Assembly (NCBI RefSeq): GCF_000150275.1
Contig: NW_002060955.1
Span: forward strand, 1,222,287 to 1,286,286
Direction: 5' to 3'
DNA from: Trichoplax adhaerens
Lineage: Eukaryota; Animalia; Placozoa
Length of the DNA: 64,000 bases
Positions 1 through 12,857 of the stretch are shown here, piece by piece; the first letter of the stretch is position 1; each line of letters begins with the position of its first letter. A model generated the notes under the pieces. That model made no database searches and was not told where the DNA came from. It worked only from the letters and a program-made list of their open reading frames with translations. The position numbers were made by a program, and so were the translations under genes.

Positions 1-360
1 GTTGTATGGTTATTTGTTTATTCGAAACTAGACAGTAAAATGAATTTCTATTCTTTTTTTCTTACAAATCTAAAATTTAATTATTGAAAGCATAAGATAC
101 AGGTTACTACACCGGATATTTTATAGTTTAACTTTTAGAATGAAATCAAATTTTCATGTGACTAAGAATTAAATATTCCAAATAATACTATTCCTTTACA
201 TGAGGCTCTTAGTGTCTTATTATATTTCTAATACCTTTTGTCTATCTACCTTTGATATTTAAGTCAAGTCTGAAATTTAAATCATTCATTACTACCATCT
301 CATTTCAGATGTGTCAGAAGTTGATGCACATAAAATTCATGTGTTCCAACACCAATAAAA

Positions 361-3300
361 ATGAAATTCATTGTATACTTTGCCGTATTTAGCCTAATTA
401 ATTTCATCACCACTTGTCTATGTCTTCAAAATTTAACACTGTTGTGCATGATACCCTGGTATAGACGATTTGAACTGGGTACATCATGTGCTATAGCAGC
501 AAATATGGCTGTCGAAGCTATTAACCAGAACACAACAGTTTTACCAGATTATCGTCTTGAATTGGAATTAGCCGATAGCCAGGTAAGCACTACTAAATAT
601 GCGTGCAATTTTTTTCAATATTTTACCATTAAAAAAATAAAATCGCGTTAGTAAAAAATTTTAGCGTACTAAATAATGCAAAGCTTAAAATTTTAAAGTA
701 AAATAGAAAGTTAACATCTACCTCTAATACATGATTTACATTGACAGATTAAATAAAAACCAATAACCTATACTCATCATCAGACTTTCTTCATAGCGAT
801 AAAATAATCAAAATTTACAGCTACCTGCTACGCGGTTTTGATAGTAGCAATTTCAACTTATTTAAATACGTTTAGATGTCTCAGGGTGTAGCGGCTAAGG
901 CATTTTTCGACTCAATTTCACGTTCACCGACAAAAATAGGAGTCATTGGTCCATTAATATCGACAGCCAATGCCTATGTTGCAAGTATATCCAAATTTTA
1001 CAACTTAGTTCAGGTTGGTAGACCTTCCTAGAAACCAAATCTGCATCATTGAACATTTAATAGAAACCATTTTAAAGTTAATTAATCAACTATTTCAGTC
1101 AATACCTATAAGAAGTAATTAGTATTTTAGATACCATCGTAGAATTTATTGAATTATTTGTCATTAATTGTAATCGTGATTTTTTTATTATTCACAGGTG
1201 GGTTATGCTGCATCTGGTTTATCCTTAGACGATAAAAAAAATTATCCTTACTACTATAGAACATCAATAACGCAATATAGTTATTCATTAGCTCGCATTA
1301 AACTTCTCAAGCAATTCAAGTGGGAAAAAGTAGCAATTATTTATTCAACAGCCGGAACTTATTCTACAGTATGTATATAAATGAAACAGCTTGAGAAAAT
1401 TTTGAGTTTGGGCAAATCTTAAAACAATAAAATGTAACCTTAGGATTATGGTTCAGATATTATATCATAAATCAGATACGATAGTTCATTTATCTTAAAA
1501 CGATAGAATATAACACTAAAGTTAGGATTTAGATATCATGTAACATAGTAGATCGCATACGATACTTCATTTTTGTGAAATTTGAATAATTCAAGATTTC
1601 TATTATTTTAAGCTATTCATTCATTCTTTGCAATCTTCATAACTTACAAATACTTTCTCATTAAATCACCTCAGATAGTTTTCTGTTTTATGTATTGACT
1701 ATTTCTAAAAATTTCACTTGAATGTCGGTTGAAAGTCAAAAAAAATTATAATGCTTTTGCGGTATTAAATTTTTCAGTATTACTTTAAATGAACAAAGAA
1801 TTGCTGATTATACGTTCAGAAGAAAAATTGTTGTTGCTTGTTGTGGTTACTCTTGTAGTTACAATGTAATTTGCATTATGATGATATTCATTAATCATAA
1901 CTATTGCGATTACAAAGAAACAGAAATTTATTAATTTTTTAAGAGCAAAATATTTCATACAGAGGTCGAATCATAAACAATAAATACTGAATAGTATATC
2001 TTAAATCTATGAATATTTTAAAAACATAATTATGTTTTACGATTAAAATTGATAATGACCGAAGGGAAACTGGAGCTAGTCAATTTACCTATTCTTCCTA
2101 TTAATCAGTTAAATAATCATATATTATTTATTTTGGCCGATATAGTCAGCTGCTATGGTTCAACAAACTTTACTTAAAGCCAATATCAATGTGGCAGTTA
2201 TGGAAAGTTTTGATGATCATCCAAGTGTTGCAATTAAGGCTATCAAGGTACGTTCTTAACGATATTAAATTTAAGAGTTTGCTAATTGCTAATAGTTGTC
2301 AAATTTATGTGCTTTAAGATCTCTAGTTTAGGTCCTATTAATAAATTTTACAGATGAAGTTATTGCCTTATCGTTAATATTTTCCGTTTGAAATATATTT
2401 AGGACAAAGATGTTCGAATTATTGTCGTTATAAGCCATTATAATCAACAATTTTCACTTTTTTGTGAGGTATAGTATTACTGTAATAGACTTTTTCTAGA
2501 TGAAATATTCCATGTTTTTCTTAATACTTATGTCTGGTTAAGAATGAAAGACATATGTCTAATGAAATCGGAAAACAGACAGTAAATTTCAGTAGCATAT
2601 ATCGTAAGCAAAAATTGAAATTTTTGATAAATTATTAATGCATTAATAAATAGTATTAGCGGTAATGTATATTTTGGTTTATCTACTCTGTCGAGAGTAA
2701 GAGATAGATAGTACCAGAAGTGCATAAAAAGAGATTTTACTCCTACCAATATACAGTAGTTAATGCAATAATTATTACCTTTCATGGGCGATAAATCCAT
2801 ATATTACAGTATAAGTACAACACCTTCAAGACGACAAATTGTAACTAAAATTTTACATAATTTGTAAATTCAGTTAGGATAAAATTCCATGGTATTTAAT
2901 TGACTAAAAACGATTCTTATGCTAGATCATTTTTTAGCCTTTTATAGGTATCATATTATAAATTTATGTTCCTTGATCTTAATGCAAGATTATTAATTAG
3001 ATAGCAAAAGGGAAAGCATTCTAGATTTGTTTTATTACATACTACTTGAATATTTATTATATTAATAACATAACTCTTAATAACAAGCAATGATTAATTT
3101 TACTATTCTTTACATTAAGTAATACGTTATATTGCAGTACATTTACGACAGTTTAATTTTGTACCTGTACATATTCAGATCCATATTTCTATTATTAAAG
3201 CTACTGCTTCTATATATCTTATCGAATAATAAACTCAGGGGCATCAATGCCTTGATCATTAGGAACAGACAGAGAATTTAGTAACTAATGGTGATTTTAG

Positions 3301-6300
3301 TTGAATTGTCAACTTTCCTTACGTACTCTTTGTTATAATTGTTGCCCTTGATGTGCATTGTACAGTATATATGAACGTAACCGTATGCGAAGTCGGTCAC
3401 GTTCATATATATGTAAATACGACTTGACGTCGAGGTACTTCGGTAAAGACTCGGGGATGAAGTAATACTTGAGTATTCTTAACAAGTTACGTTTATTAAC
3501 ATCTATCCAAATCAAATTAGAACTACGCTTAGCAATGTAAGAGGTTATATACAACTAATACTCTGCACAATCGATATCTCGAGAATTTCGCCACTTAGAG
3601 AGTCTCTTAACAGTAGAACCTTTTGAGAGCCTCTTTGCACGATGTGCACACTTAGAAGTATGTAGTCTTTCGGCAACTGGTTAGTTACAGATAAGTCAGA
3701 TCACCTGACTATATACAGTTCTCCTATGATAACCAGTACCAATACAGTTGTCCTATCTTATGTTGCATAGTAGGATGATATCTGTACGTATTCGTAACAG
3801 TACTAAGTTAGAGTTTGAAACATATGCTGTAGATAATACAAAATTATAACGCTGTTATCAACTGCATTGCTTAAAAGATTAGCTAATTTATCGTAAAAAC
3901 AACACTTCCAAGAAATTATCCTATATTGAAAATCAAACAATACCCCAATTATCATTGTTCTTACAATAGTTGTTGTATTCATTTTATACTTGACATTTCA
4001 CTTTGCTCTCATTAACCAAAATACAATCGTTATCTCTTATATTGTGATTACATGTAACGGTAAAATTTGAATTAAAAATTATCTTATTTGAATAGTTATA
4101 TAAGAATAAGTATAGCTGTAATTGGTTACAATTATACTATATTTGGCTATGCAATATAGGAAAAGAATGCTATAAAATTTAATGAATGATAATTTAATAC
4201 ATCATTGATACTTTTTTAATTTATAACTGAGAAATATTAGTATGTAAATGACAAAATATACATTTACGTGGTAATTCAATAGCTTAGCAGCCTAGCATAT
4301 TCCTAGTCTATTATATACATATAGAATAAATAAAATAAAGTAACATTTACATCAGACTTAGATTTGCATAATTACTAAGGCGCGAATGTACTTTTACCTT
4401 AAATACAAAATAAATCCTCCTTAGGACCTGTGTAACTTTCTCTAAGAAGGCGTAGTTTCTTGCCACATCACATCCTGCACTTTAAACTAAACTCAATTGT
4501 AAATTACTGTTATTGCATATAAAACACATAAAAATACGAAACCTTCAATAGTCTTTCAAAGTTAAATAGACTTGTCTAAGTTATCAGATCGTAAATTGCA
4601 ACTTATATATAGTTCATATAATCTGACTAAACAGAAGCTAAGATCTCATTTAACGAAAATGTTTAAAATGTATTGACTGTAAGTTTATTCATTATTGGCG
4701 TTTGAAAATTTGCGATAGAAGCGGTGATTGATCATTTGTGCGAAAATTCTACTACTGCTGAACTTAGATACATATAACCAATAATCAGCAAGGCTTTGAC
4801 GATTTCTTCCTATTAGAATATTTGCAATCGACGTCATTGATTTTATTAAGTATTAGTTAATTGTAATATGACCAAAATACGTAGAGTAAATTTAATAAAA
4901 GCTTTATATTTGGCAGGCTTACAAACAAGGAACATATGGTGGTCAGTATGTCTGGTTAGTGGCCGGTTGGCATCCAGATAAGTGGTGGACACGAAAATGG
5001 CATTATTCTAATTGTACAGCTGATGAATTAGAGAAAGTCGTCGTTAATTCAACATTTTATACTAAAGCTCCGATATATTCAACCGCATCTCGTCAAACAA
5101 TTTACGGAAAGGTTCCTGATTATAATTATCAATAATATACATGTACATGTATACTCTTAAGACTCGGCTCTAATTAGAATTTATGTAAATTCTTAGATAT
5201 TATAAATACAAAATTGTTTATAAAAAGGCGCAAATTGCACTATTTTCAATGTCATTATCAATAATTTCACCTTTAATTATAGAGTTCTTAGACAAATACT
5301 GTTCTGACATGTCATTATTTAAATAGAATGGAACTCAATTCTATCGTGATTTCTTAAAGAAAATTAACTCCAATAACACCGTATGCACCGTGGCCGGACA
5401 ACTCTACGATGCAGTCTGGTCGTTAGCCTTAGCTTTAAATTCCACGGAAGGACGATTAAAACAATTAAATTTATCTTTACAAAAATTTAATTATCAACAC
5501 AATCAAATAAGAGAAATATTGATGGAAGAACTGAATAAGATCTCATTTTATGGCACAACAGTAAGCAATAAACATTTAGTTATAATCATAATTAAGTTGT
5601 AGAATGCAGTAGTTTTTTCGAATTAATTATCAAGTCATATTCATGTAACGACATAAGATAATGAAATATGTATACTAATAATGTGCATTTTGCTACAAAT
5701 TAAATTTGAATTTTAGGGCCCAATTGAATTTCATAAAGGTAGCCGCATTGGAGACGTAGAAATATACCAGCAACAAGGTACCATAACTTTCGTTATTTAT
5801 ATATGTAACAAAACGGCTTTGCAACAAGATAATGTAATGTACGATCAATACGTCAATTTCTTGAACCACGTATCAAGGAACGATATCTGCACTATCACAA
5901 ACACTGTTACTCTACTAGCAGACTACACAAAGACTTAAACGCCTCGTATTTCAAGTGAAACACTAAGTTTGAGAATCCCTTTTATTACACGATATACTGC
6001 ATTTATATACTATTCCTCAATAATTCATGAGTCATAGTTAATACGATTAACTTTGCTATCATTCACTGAATTAGATGTTAATTATAGCTACTGCTCCCTT
6101 AATGCAGACAACAGTATTTACCAACATAGACATCTGGTGACTAATACAGAATAGTCAGATTACGATATGTCCTATCACGGAACATTTCCACGATAATTTA
6201 GCATAAGTAAGTTACAATCACAATGATTCGAACTATAAGTAGATGATTTGCATTCCCTATAACAACTATTAATTTCAGTATGTGTATATGTGTCACTGTC

Positions 6301-9300
6301 ATAAAAGGCAGTGCTATATTAAAACACAGTATATCCAAATTAGAAGTTAACTAAATAAGGACAGGCTAACAGAATTATCCTAACATAGATATTTCTACTC
6401 TAATACATTATATAACATTGTCACAATATATTAGAGATATTTATGCGTCAATGTCCTATAACTCATTAATGCAAGAAAGAATCCTAATCTATAGGAAATA
6501 TTGTGGATAAATTAATAACAATATTATAGATAAATTAATTGCAATTGATTATCAAAGGTAGACGTTTAATATGAAATCGTAATTCATAAATGTAACGTCA
6601 TTAAGTTTATGAATTATCGGCTGAGTAGATAGTATAAGTTGGCCTGCCTCGCACTAATTAAAATTTAAAATGGATGAATCAAAGAAAAATAGGACTACAG
6701 AATTTCTATTGAAATTCAACTTTATTTACAGTCCTTTATCCTATCTATCTTATTAGGTTTCGTTTCGATAGTTAAGATGAGTAATATTATCTTAAGTTAA
6801 TATGACATTTGATTTATTTTTAAGGTTTTGAACTGCTATGGAAGGGATATAAACAGTTTATGTGTTTCTCTTAATTATTCAATCGGTATCAAAATTAATA
6901 CTTAAATATTCAAAGAAATGACTGATAGTATCTGTAGATTTTGAAAAACTGAAGCGTCTTGATTTTAGAATGGTTAGCGATATACTCATATATATATATA
7001 ATTATCATTTAAGATCTTATAAATTACTCAAGTGATCTAGATAGTAGTGGAAGAATTATATTATCCTAAATCTGTCTTAAATTTACGATACATATTTGAG
7101 CGTTTTATAATGCTAATCAAAATCAAATTTAATAACTAATGAATTTGGTTTAAAATTTGTGAAAATACTGCAGTCGCTATCTGAATTTTAATTGGTTTCA
7201 TATCAGTGCGAAACCTTTTTATACTTATAATTTAGACCATTCGAGTGTATCGCTTATTATACATTCATACGCATATACTGATTTTACACTTAATTACCGG
7301 CATCATGTAGAATTTCCTATAGATATGTTTTATTCAAATGCCCTAATGTACTTCTTTATTGTAGCTTGCACAAAATGCGAACGAAGAAAGTTAATAAGTC
7401 AGTCATTAAAGGTATAATTAAAATCCCAACTCACTGAGAATAATGAGATTTCTGAGAAAATGTTATTATAAGCAATAATTCTTCAATGACGAATAGATCA
7501 ATCAACTTTCTAGTCCTTTTGTCTTATCTAGGTAACATCATCAGACTATGAGACAAATATTTATGTGATAGGCGGACTTTGTAACCAAGAATCGCTTTGA
7601 TTTTCTACGTCATAGCAATCTAGTGATAGCGCAGCTCATGATATCATGATACAAAAGCATAATTGCTTAAGCTTTACACATACTGTAAATTGCTTATTCA
7701 AAATCTACACACTAGCACCAAATAGAGCTATAGATTTTTAGCCATAGAATGAGATGATTGCAGTCGAGTCGCAATAGATTGCCTTAATAGACTAAAATCG
7801 GAAATTTTCTGTTTTCTAAACCTGAAGCTATAGTCAATAGTTCATGCACTTCATTTCTTCCCAATAATTATATGCAATACTATTATATTTAAGAAAGTCC
7901 TACCTAGCTATAATTGTCCTCAATAGTAATACAAAATATATATTGTACATGTGCATTATGATCTACAAAATAATTTTAACTGCAAGGCTACTTTCAAGCC
8001 ATAAACAAGCTTACAGTCTCCAATACGTTTAGAACAGTTATTTTATTTTAAAAACAAGTTTACACTTACAATCAAAATTATAAGATGTAATGTAACTTAG
8101 TATTGTGATTGTAGACTGTTAGCCATGTTTAGTATAATGTACGGTAGATATTTATCCTAAGAGATATTTGGTAGTTATAACTATAGACTGTAGTGGTAGA
8201 GACTCTATGCTAGAGTACAGATGACTATATACAGTAAGCTATTGAGTTACTAATAAGGCTATAGGTAAAAATAGAACCGTAAATCATATATTAGGATATG
8301 GTTAATTCATTGTACTTTGGCTGGTGTGAATGATGTCTACGTAAGCACTGTAGTCGTATCCATATTGGATTAATGATGGTCCGCAGTAGAATAGTCTTAC
8401 TAAGAATTTAACTATGTGTAAAATAAGGTAAAAGTTTGCCATGCGGATTGTAGCTGCGAATGCTACGAAAAATATAAAAGCATGCAACTTTAGATTATTC
8501 TGTTAGTTCGTTGTAGAAGTCTTTAGTAGTAATATTCGGCTAGAATAGAGCTGTGAGTAGTTAATCTTTGTATAAGATTCAATAAAGCCCTTATTTTCTT
8601 CTAAAATTTGGAATTTTGTGAACGGTATATGTCACACAAGGATAGAGATCATAGTAAGAAAAAAATTTCGAACAGATCGTATTTCTAATACTCGTACGAA
8701 AATAACGTCTAAACTATTGATATTAAGAAATTCAGGTTTATCTTTTATATTGTTTCAAACTAATTTTAAAGCACAAACCAGTGATTAGAAGTTTTATTCG
8801 CGCATTAATGTATTATTTAAAAAAATTAAAAATCTGTAATAAACTATGTATTGATACTATCTTAAGCATTATTTAAATCTTACTAGTGTAAATGATATTA
8901 TTATTCGCTGTTTAATAAGGAAATGGAGTTCCGCTAGTTTTTGTTTATCGACACGATGAGAAAAAGTTAGAATTTGAGAAGCCATTAATTTGGAAATGTA
9001 AGCGAAATGATAAAACATATGCCTCATAATATTATATCTTATAGTAATAATATGATTTACACAAGAATTTAGTTAACATCTGACGATATACACAAAATTT
9101 ATTATATTTAGATGGCTATCCTCCACGCGATCATGTAGCTGTAAAAATCAACATTCTTACCATATCAAAATCCCTCTTTATCCCATTCAGTGTCTGTGCT
9201 TGCTTGGGAATATGTCTTGCTTTGGCTATTGCTGCTTTCGTCATCTACTTTAGGAACAATAAGTAATAAATTCACTATTATCATTTTATATCGATTTTTT

Positions 9301-11968
9301 TCATAATTACAAAAATAATGAATAAGAACAAGATTTCTGGCCAAATATAATAGCTTACCAAGAATAGATAATCCTAAAATTTAATTGCGAAAAAGAATTA
9401 TAAAAAAAATTTAAAAATAAATTTATAAATATATAAATTTTCTTTAATCAAAAATTGCCATTTATAGATTCATTAAAATGTCAAGCCCAAATTTAAATTA
9501 TTCCATATTAGCCGGATGCATACTATGCTATATTTCATCGATTTTTTTGGGCCTAGATAGCAATTTTGTTCCAAAGAGTGCACTTCGACATATGTGCACT
9601 ATTCAAATTTGGTTGTTAAGCTTAGGATTTACCATTGCTTTTGGCTCAGTAACTGTAAAATCTTGGCGAATTTACAAAATCTTTTTTAATCCGACCAAAA
9701 TCCGAATGGTAACTATCTAATTTGAATCTTATATCATTTCACTTATAGATAGTGACGCTTTTTAAAATATTCCTCTTTAAATTGTTATAGATTAGAAATT
9801 TTATTCGTCCTATTAATTTATTGAAAGTCTAAACTTGGTTACTATAATATAGATAATGTATTTTTTTATTCTTTGCTTTCATCATCTATAAAGGTTATAA
9901 GAGATATTCAACTTTTTGGACGTCTAATACAACTCTTGGCTGTCGATATTGTTATACTATCTCTATGGACAACGATAGATCCAATTACCATCATGGAAAA
10001 TAATATTGGCTCACCTAAGGTAAATTTACTCTTACTATGTGGCAATAAGTAGACTAAACCTTAATGCAACTTGAAACGATCATTAATTCTCTAGAATAAT
10101 TTTACTATGGGAATAGTATATACTGTATATACTCGCATATACTGTATTAATGTGCAAAAAGAGAAAATGACGAATTTCAATTTTGAGTTAGTACTAGGGG
10201 TTACCCAGCGTTAGCATAATTGCGATTTCATGAATTAGCTGCAAATTATATTCATCCCTACAGCTATTCATAATCAAGAAGCATTTAGAATTATATCTGT
10301 AGTTCTATAAGCTACTAAAAAATTTTGCAAAGGTCATATTTAACTTAAATATAATGTTCAATAAATGAGTTTTATTATTAATTTATTTGCGACTTCATCG
10401 AGCTTGATAAAATAATTTCATTATTATAACTAGAAAAGCACTAAAAAACTAATATTCATGAAGAATGTTAGGAAAGCCTATACGGATAATTTATTTACAC
10501 TAGTTATGATATTGCCAATTTTCATTTATCTCTTTGCATTTTTACGTATCATTAAAGTGCAGTATTACCAACATTTTACGATGCCACACTATAGCTTAAC
10601 TTGACATTATTGTTATCTGCTTACACATAGTCGATAGTTGATCAGTACTTAGGCGCTTAAACAGGTCAGTAAAGTTGCTTTATGGATATCTCAACTTAAA
10701 AGAGTCACTATTTCATCGCATATGTAAAATTAGAATAAAGGCAAAATAAATAGTATAGCGAAACTTTTCAGAATTGCTCGAAGTCTTTAAAGAAGTAAAC
10801 CCATTTCTACGTATCAATATACGTATTAATGTAGGGCCGTAGCCAATTCAAGTGATAACTTTAAGATTATTAGAAACGATCTAACAATAAATAAGTACTT
10901 AAATTGAGAATCTATAATGATTCAAATTTACCAATAAAATATTGTAGTTGAAAACCTATGAAGAGAAATTGACAAACGTCAAAATCTAGTCTCACTCCGT
11001 CCTTCAATAAATTCGTTATGTATTTGGAATCTAATTAAATTTAAAAATATCCATTGTACTTCGATAGATTTATACGATCTTTCCAAATTACAAATTTCTA
11101 GGATTTATCATTACTAACAACTGCTTTTATTATAAAATTACTTCTAGAGAATTGTAACAGCTAACATTGAAACTATAGTAATGCATCGGATTCAAATTTG
11201 CTACTCCAAATATACAAGTGTTTGGCTCGCAGTGACTCTTAGCTATAAATTATTATTATTGCTTGTTGGTGTATTCTTAGCATGGAAGACTCGTAAAGTT
11301 TCTATCGACTCGTTAAATGATTCCCATTCGCTAGCTATGACAGTTTATAATATATTTGTCTTAAGTTGTACCGGGATCATAGTTGGTATCGCATCAAATT
11401 TAATCCTAGATGCTCAATTTGCAATGCAAGCTAGTTTTATTATCTTATGTACAACATCCTCAATGGGATTGCTCTTCATCCCTAAGGTAACTCTATATTA
11501 TAGAACCTGCATTAAACATTGTATCGCAAGTAATGCAGTCCAATTATTATCATAAACACAGATTATCTTATAATAAATAATTTCACTATCTTATCCTATT
11601 TGAAAATGATTAGATATCACAAGTCAAGATTCATCCTATCCAAGTAACTTCTTCTTCCAAACTGGATAAGCAAGTTCGCGAATCTTTTCAAAAATCAACC
11701 CTTAGCCAAAAAAATCTGGAGCTAGAGCTTCGAAAATTGAAATTAATCATATCTGAGGTAATTTGATATAATGAGGTTTATGATGTTATAGCGTGGTAAT
11801 GTTACGTAACAGTAATATGTTGTACGTAATTGTTTCATCCGCTATTATCATAGCGGAACCTTGGATTATGACTAATAAGTTATTAACTTCATCTAGCAAC
11901 ATCAAAGAATGCAACTGATGGAGAAATCTGACCAAAACTCGACACAAATCAAAGTGGCCGAAATATAA
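361..11968 (+). CDS. GABA-B receptor-like class C GPCR (signal peptide, Venus flytrap domain, 7TM, short C-terminal coiled coil); 15 coding exons
   Basis: Phase-consistent GT-AG exons: 361-582, 876-1013, 1198-1368, 2146-2247, 2403-2468, 4917-5111, 5327-5560, 5717-5777, 8920-8997, 9112-9262, 9468-9708, 9894-10019, 11148-11486, 11614-11757, 11897-11968. Family motifs: MAVEAINQNTTVLPDYRLEL, YPYYYRT, GGQYVWLVAGW, YDAVWSLALALN, PPRD, IKMSSPNLN, KSWRIYKIFFN, LAWKTRKVSIDSLNDS, LFIPK. There is no cysteine-rich domain between the flytrap and TM1, as in GABA-B receptors. Confidence 0.95.
3366..3411. repeat. 46-bp palindromic (hairpin) interspersed element, copy 1
   Basis: TATATATGAACGTAACCG-TATGCGAAGT-CGGTCACGTTCATATATA; 18-bp arms with one mismatch; near-identical copy at 18481. 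Confidence 0.85.
3412..3799 (-). mobile_element. possible old solo LTR
   Basis: GC-richer intronic block bounded by TGTAAATAC...TTCGTAACA (TG...CA), with a minus-strand AATAAA at about 3492. No clean TSD; the left flank is occupied by the palindrome. Confidence 0.25.
5804..6425 (-). mobile_element. solo LTR (LTR-retrotransposon remnant), family A copy 1
   Basis: Starts TGTAACA and ends TGTCACA; flanked by 5-bp direct repeat ATATA (5799-5803, 6426-6430); colinear with 17442-18076; minus-strand TATATAAA (about 6002-6009) followed by AATAAA (about 5981-5986). Confidence 0.8.
8086..8636 (+). mobile_element. probable solo LTR, family B
   Basis: TGTAATGTAAC...ATATGTCACA termini; TATAAAAG at about 8473; AATAAA at 8581, about 50 bp before the 3' end; degenerate TSD TAAGA/CAAGG. 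Confidence 0.45.
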
Positions 11969-12857
11969 AAATGGTTAATTTTTGACGATTCTTTCACAAC
12001 TAGAAAGAAATGGCATTGGTAACAGTTTCATGCATTCGCGATGATAAAATTAGCCAGCTTCAAATGCCACTCTCTGCAGTTTCTAACTTTATATCGACAT
12101 AGATTACTCCTAGTTCACATTTAATTATCTTGATATTGAAATAACTTTATCATGATCCATTAAGATTAGCGTTCGGTAATAGTCCTAATTGTAATTATAA
12201 TTCTAGTTATACGCATATTAGATAGTTAGAGTAACGTTAGCCAAGTCATTGTTAGCTCGCCTTTTAAAATCCTTCACAGTCTTAATTTCAACTAATTTTA
12301 AAACTGAAACAACCTAATGTATCAAATCAGCGAGACATAACATAAATTTTATTGGGAATGAGCTACTTTGAGCATTTATACATCACACCTGTAGATTTAA
12401 ACTCACAGCTACAGCGATCGTTTACTATAACTTTATGTAAGAAAGAAGTACGATAATATCAGCAGGTGGTGAATAATTCTATATTCCCTCGTATTCAATC
12501 GTTGTAGAGTTTCTAGTATTTTTTTCTCCTGTTGCAATGTAATATAATGCAACTTGATATTTATACTTATAGTACAGTTTTATGAGTAGGTAATGCATCA
12601 TAGATTAAGTGTTATATTGAGTATACTAGTGAGAGATCTACAATAAATAGCCAAAATGATTGCATAAGTGAAGAATTCTACTTTGTGTCATATCAATTTA
12701 CTGCCTTTACAGTATATATTATAGACGTTACAACCAATGCCCATAAATTGCACATAAATGAGTGCAATTCTAACCTAAAGTGTAAGCGGATTCGCTGAGT
12801 CTCTTCTAATTTATGCACTCTACAAGCAAGCAGCTACGCCTCATAAACCAGGATGAA

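Noticed and set aside
10193-10220. ACTAG..TACCCAGCGTT (and CTAGCCCAGCCACGTTACGGGG at about 18968) resembling reversed Helitron 3' ends
   Set aside because: Too short and degenerate; hairpins incomplete; no matching 5' ends.
12760-12822. GAGTGCA...TGCACTC hairpin as a snoRNA or SECIS
   Set aside because: No H/ACA, C/D or SECIS core motifs in the right positions on either strand.
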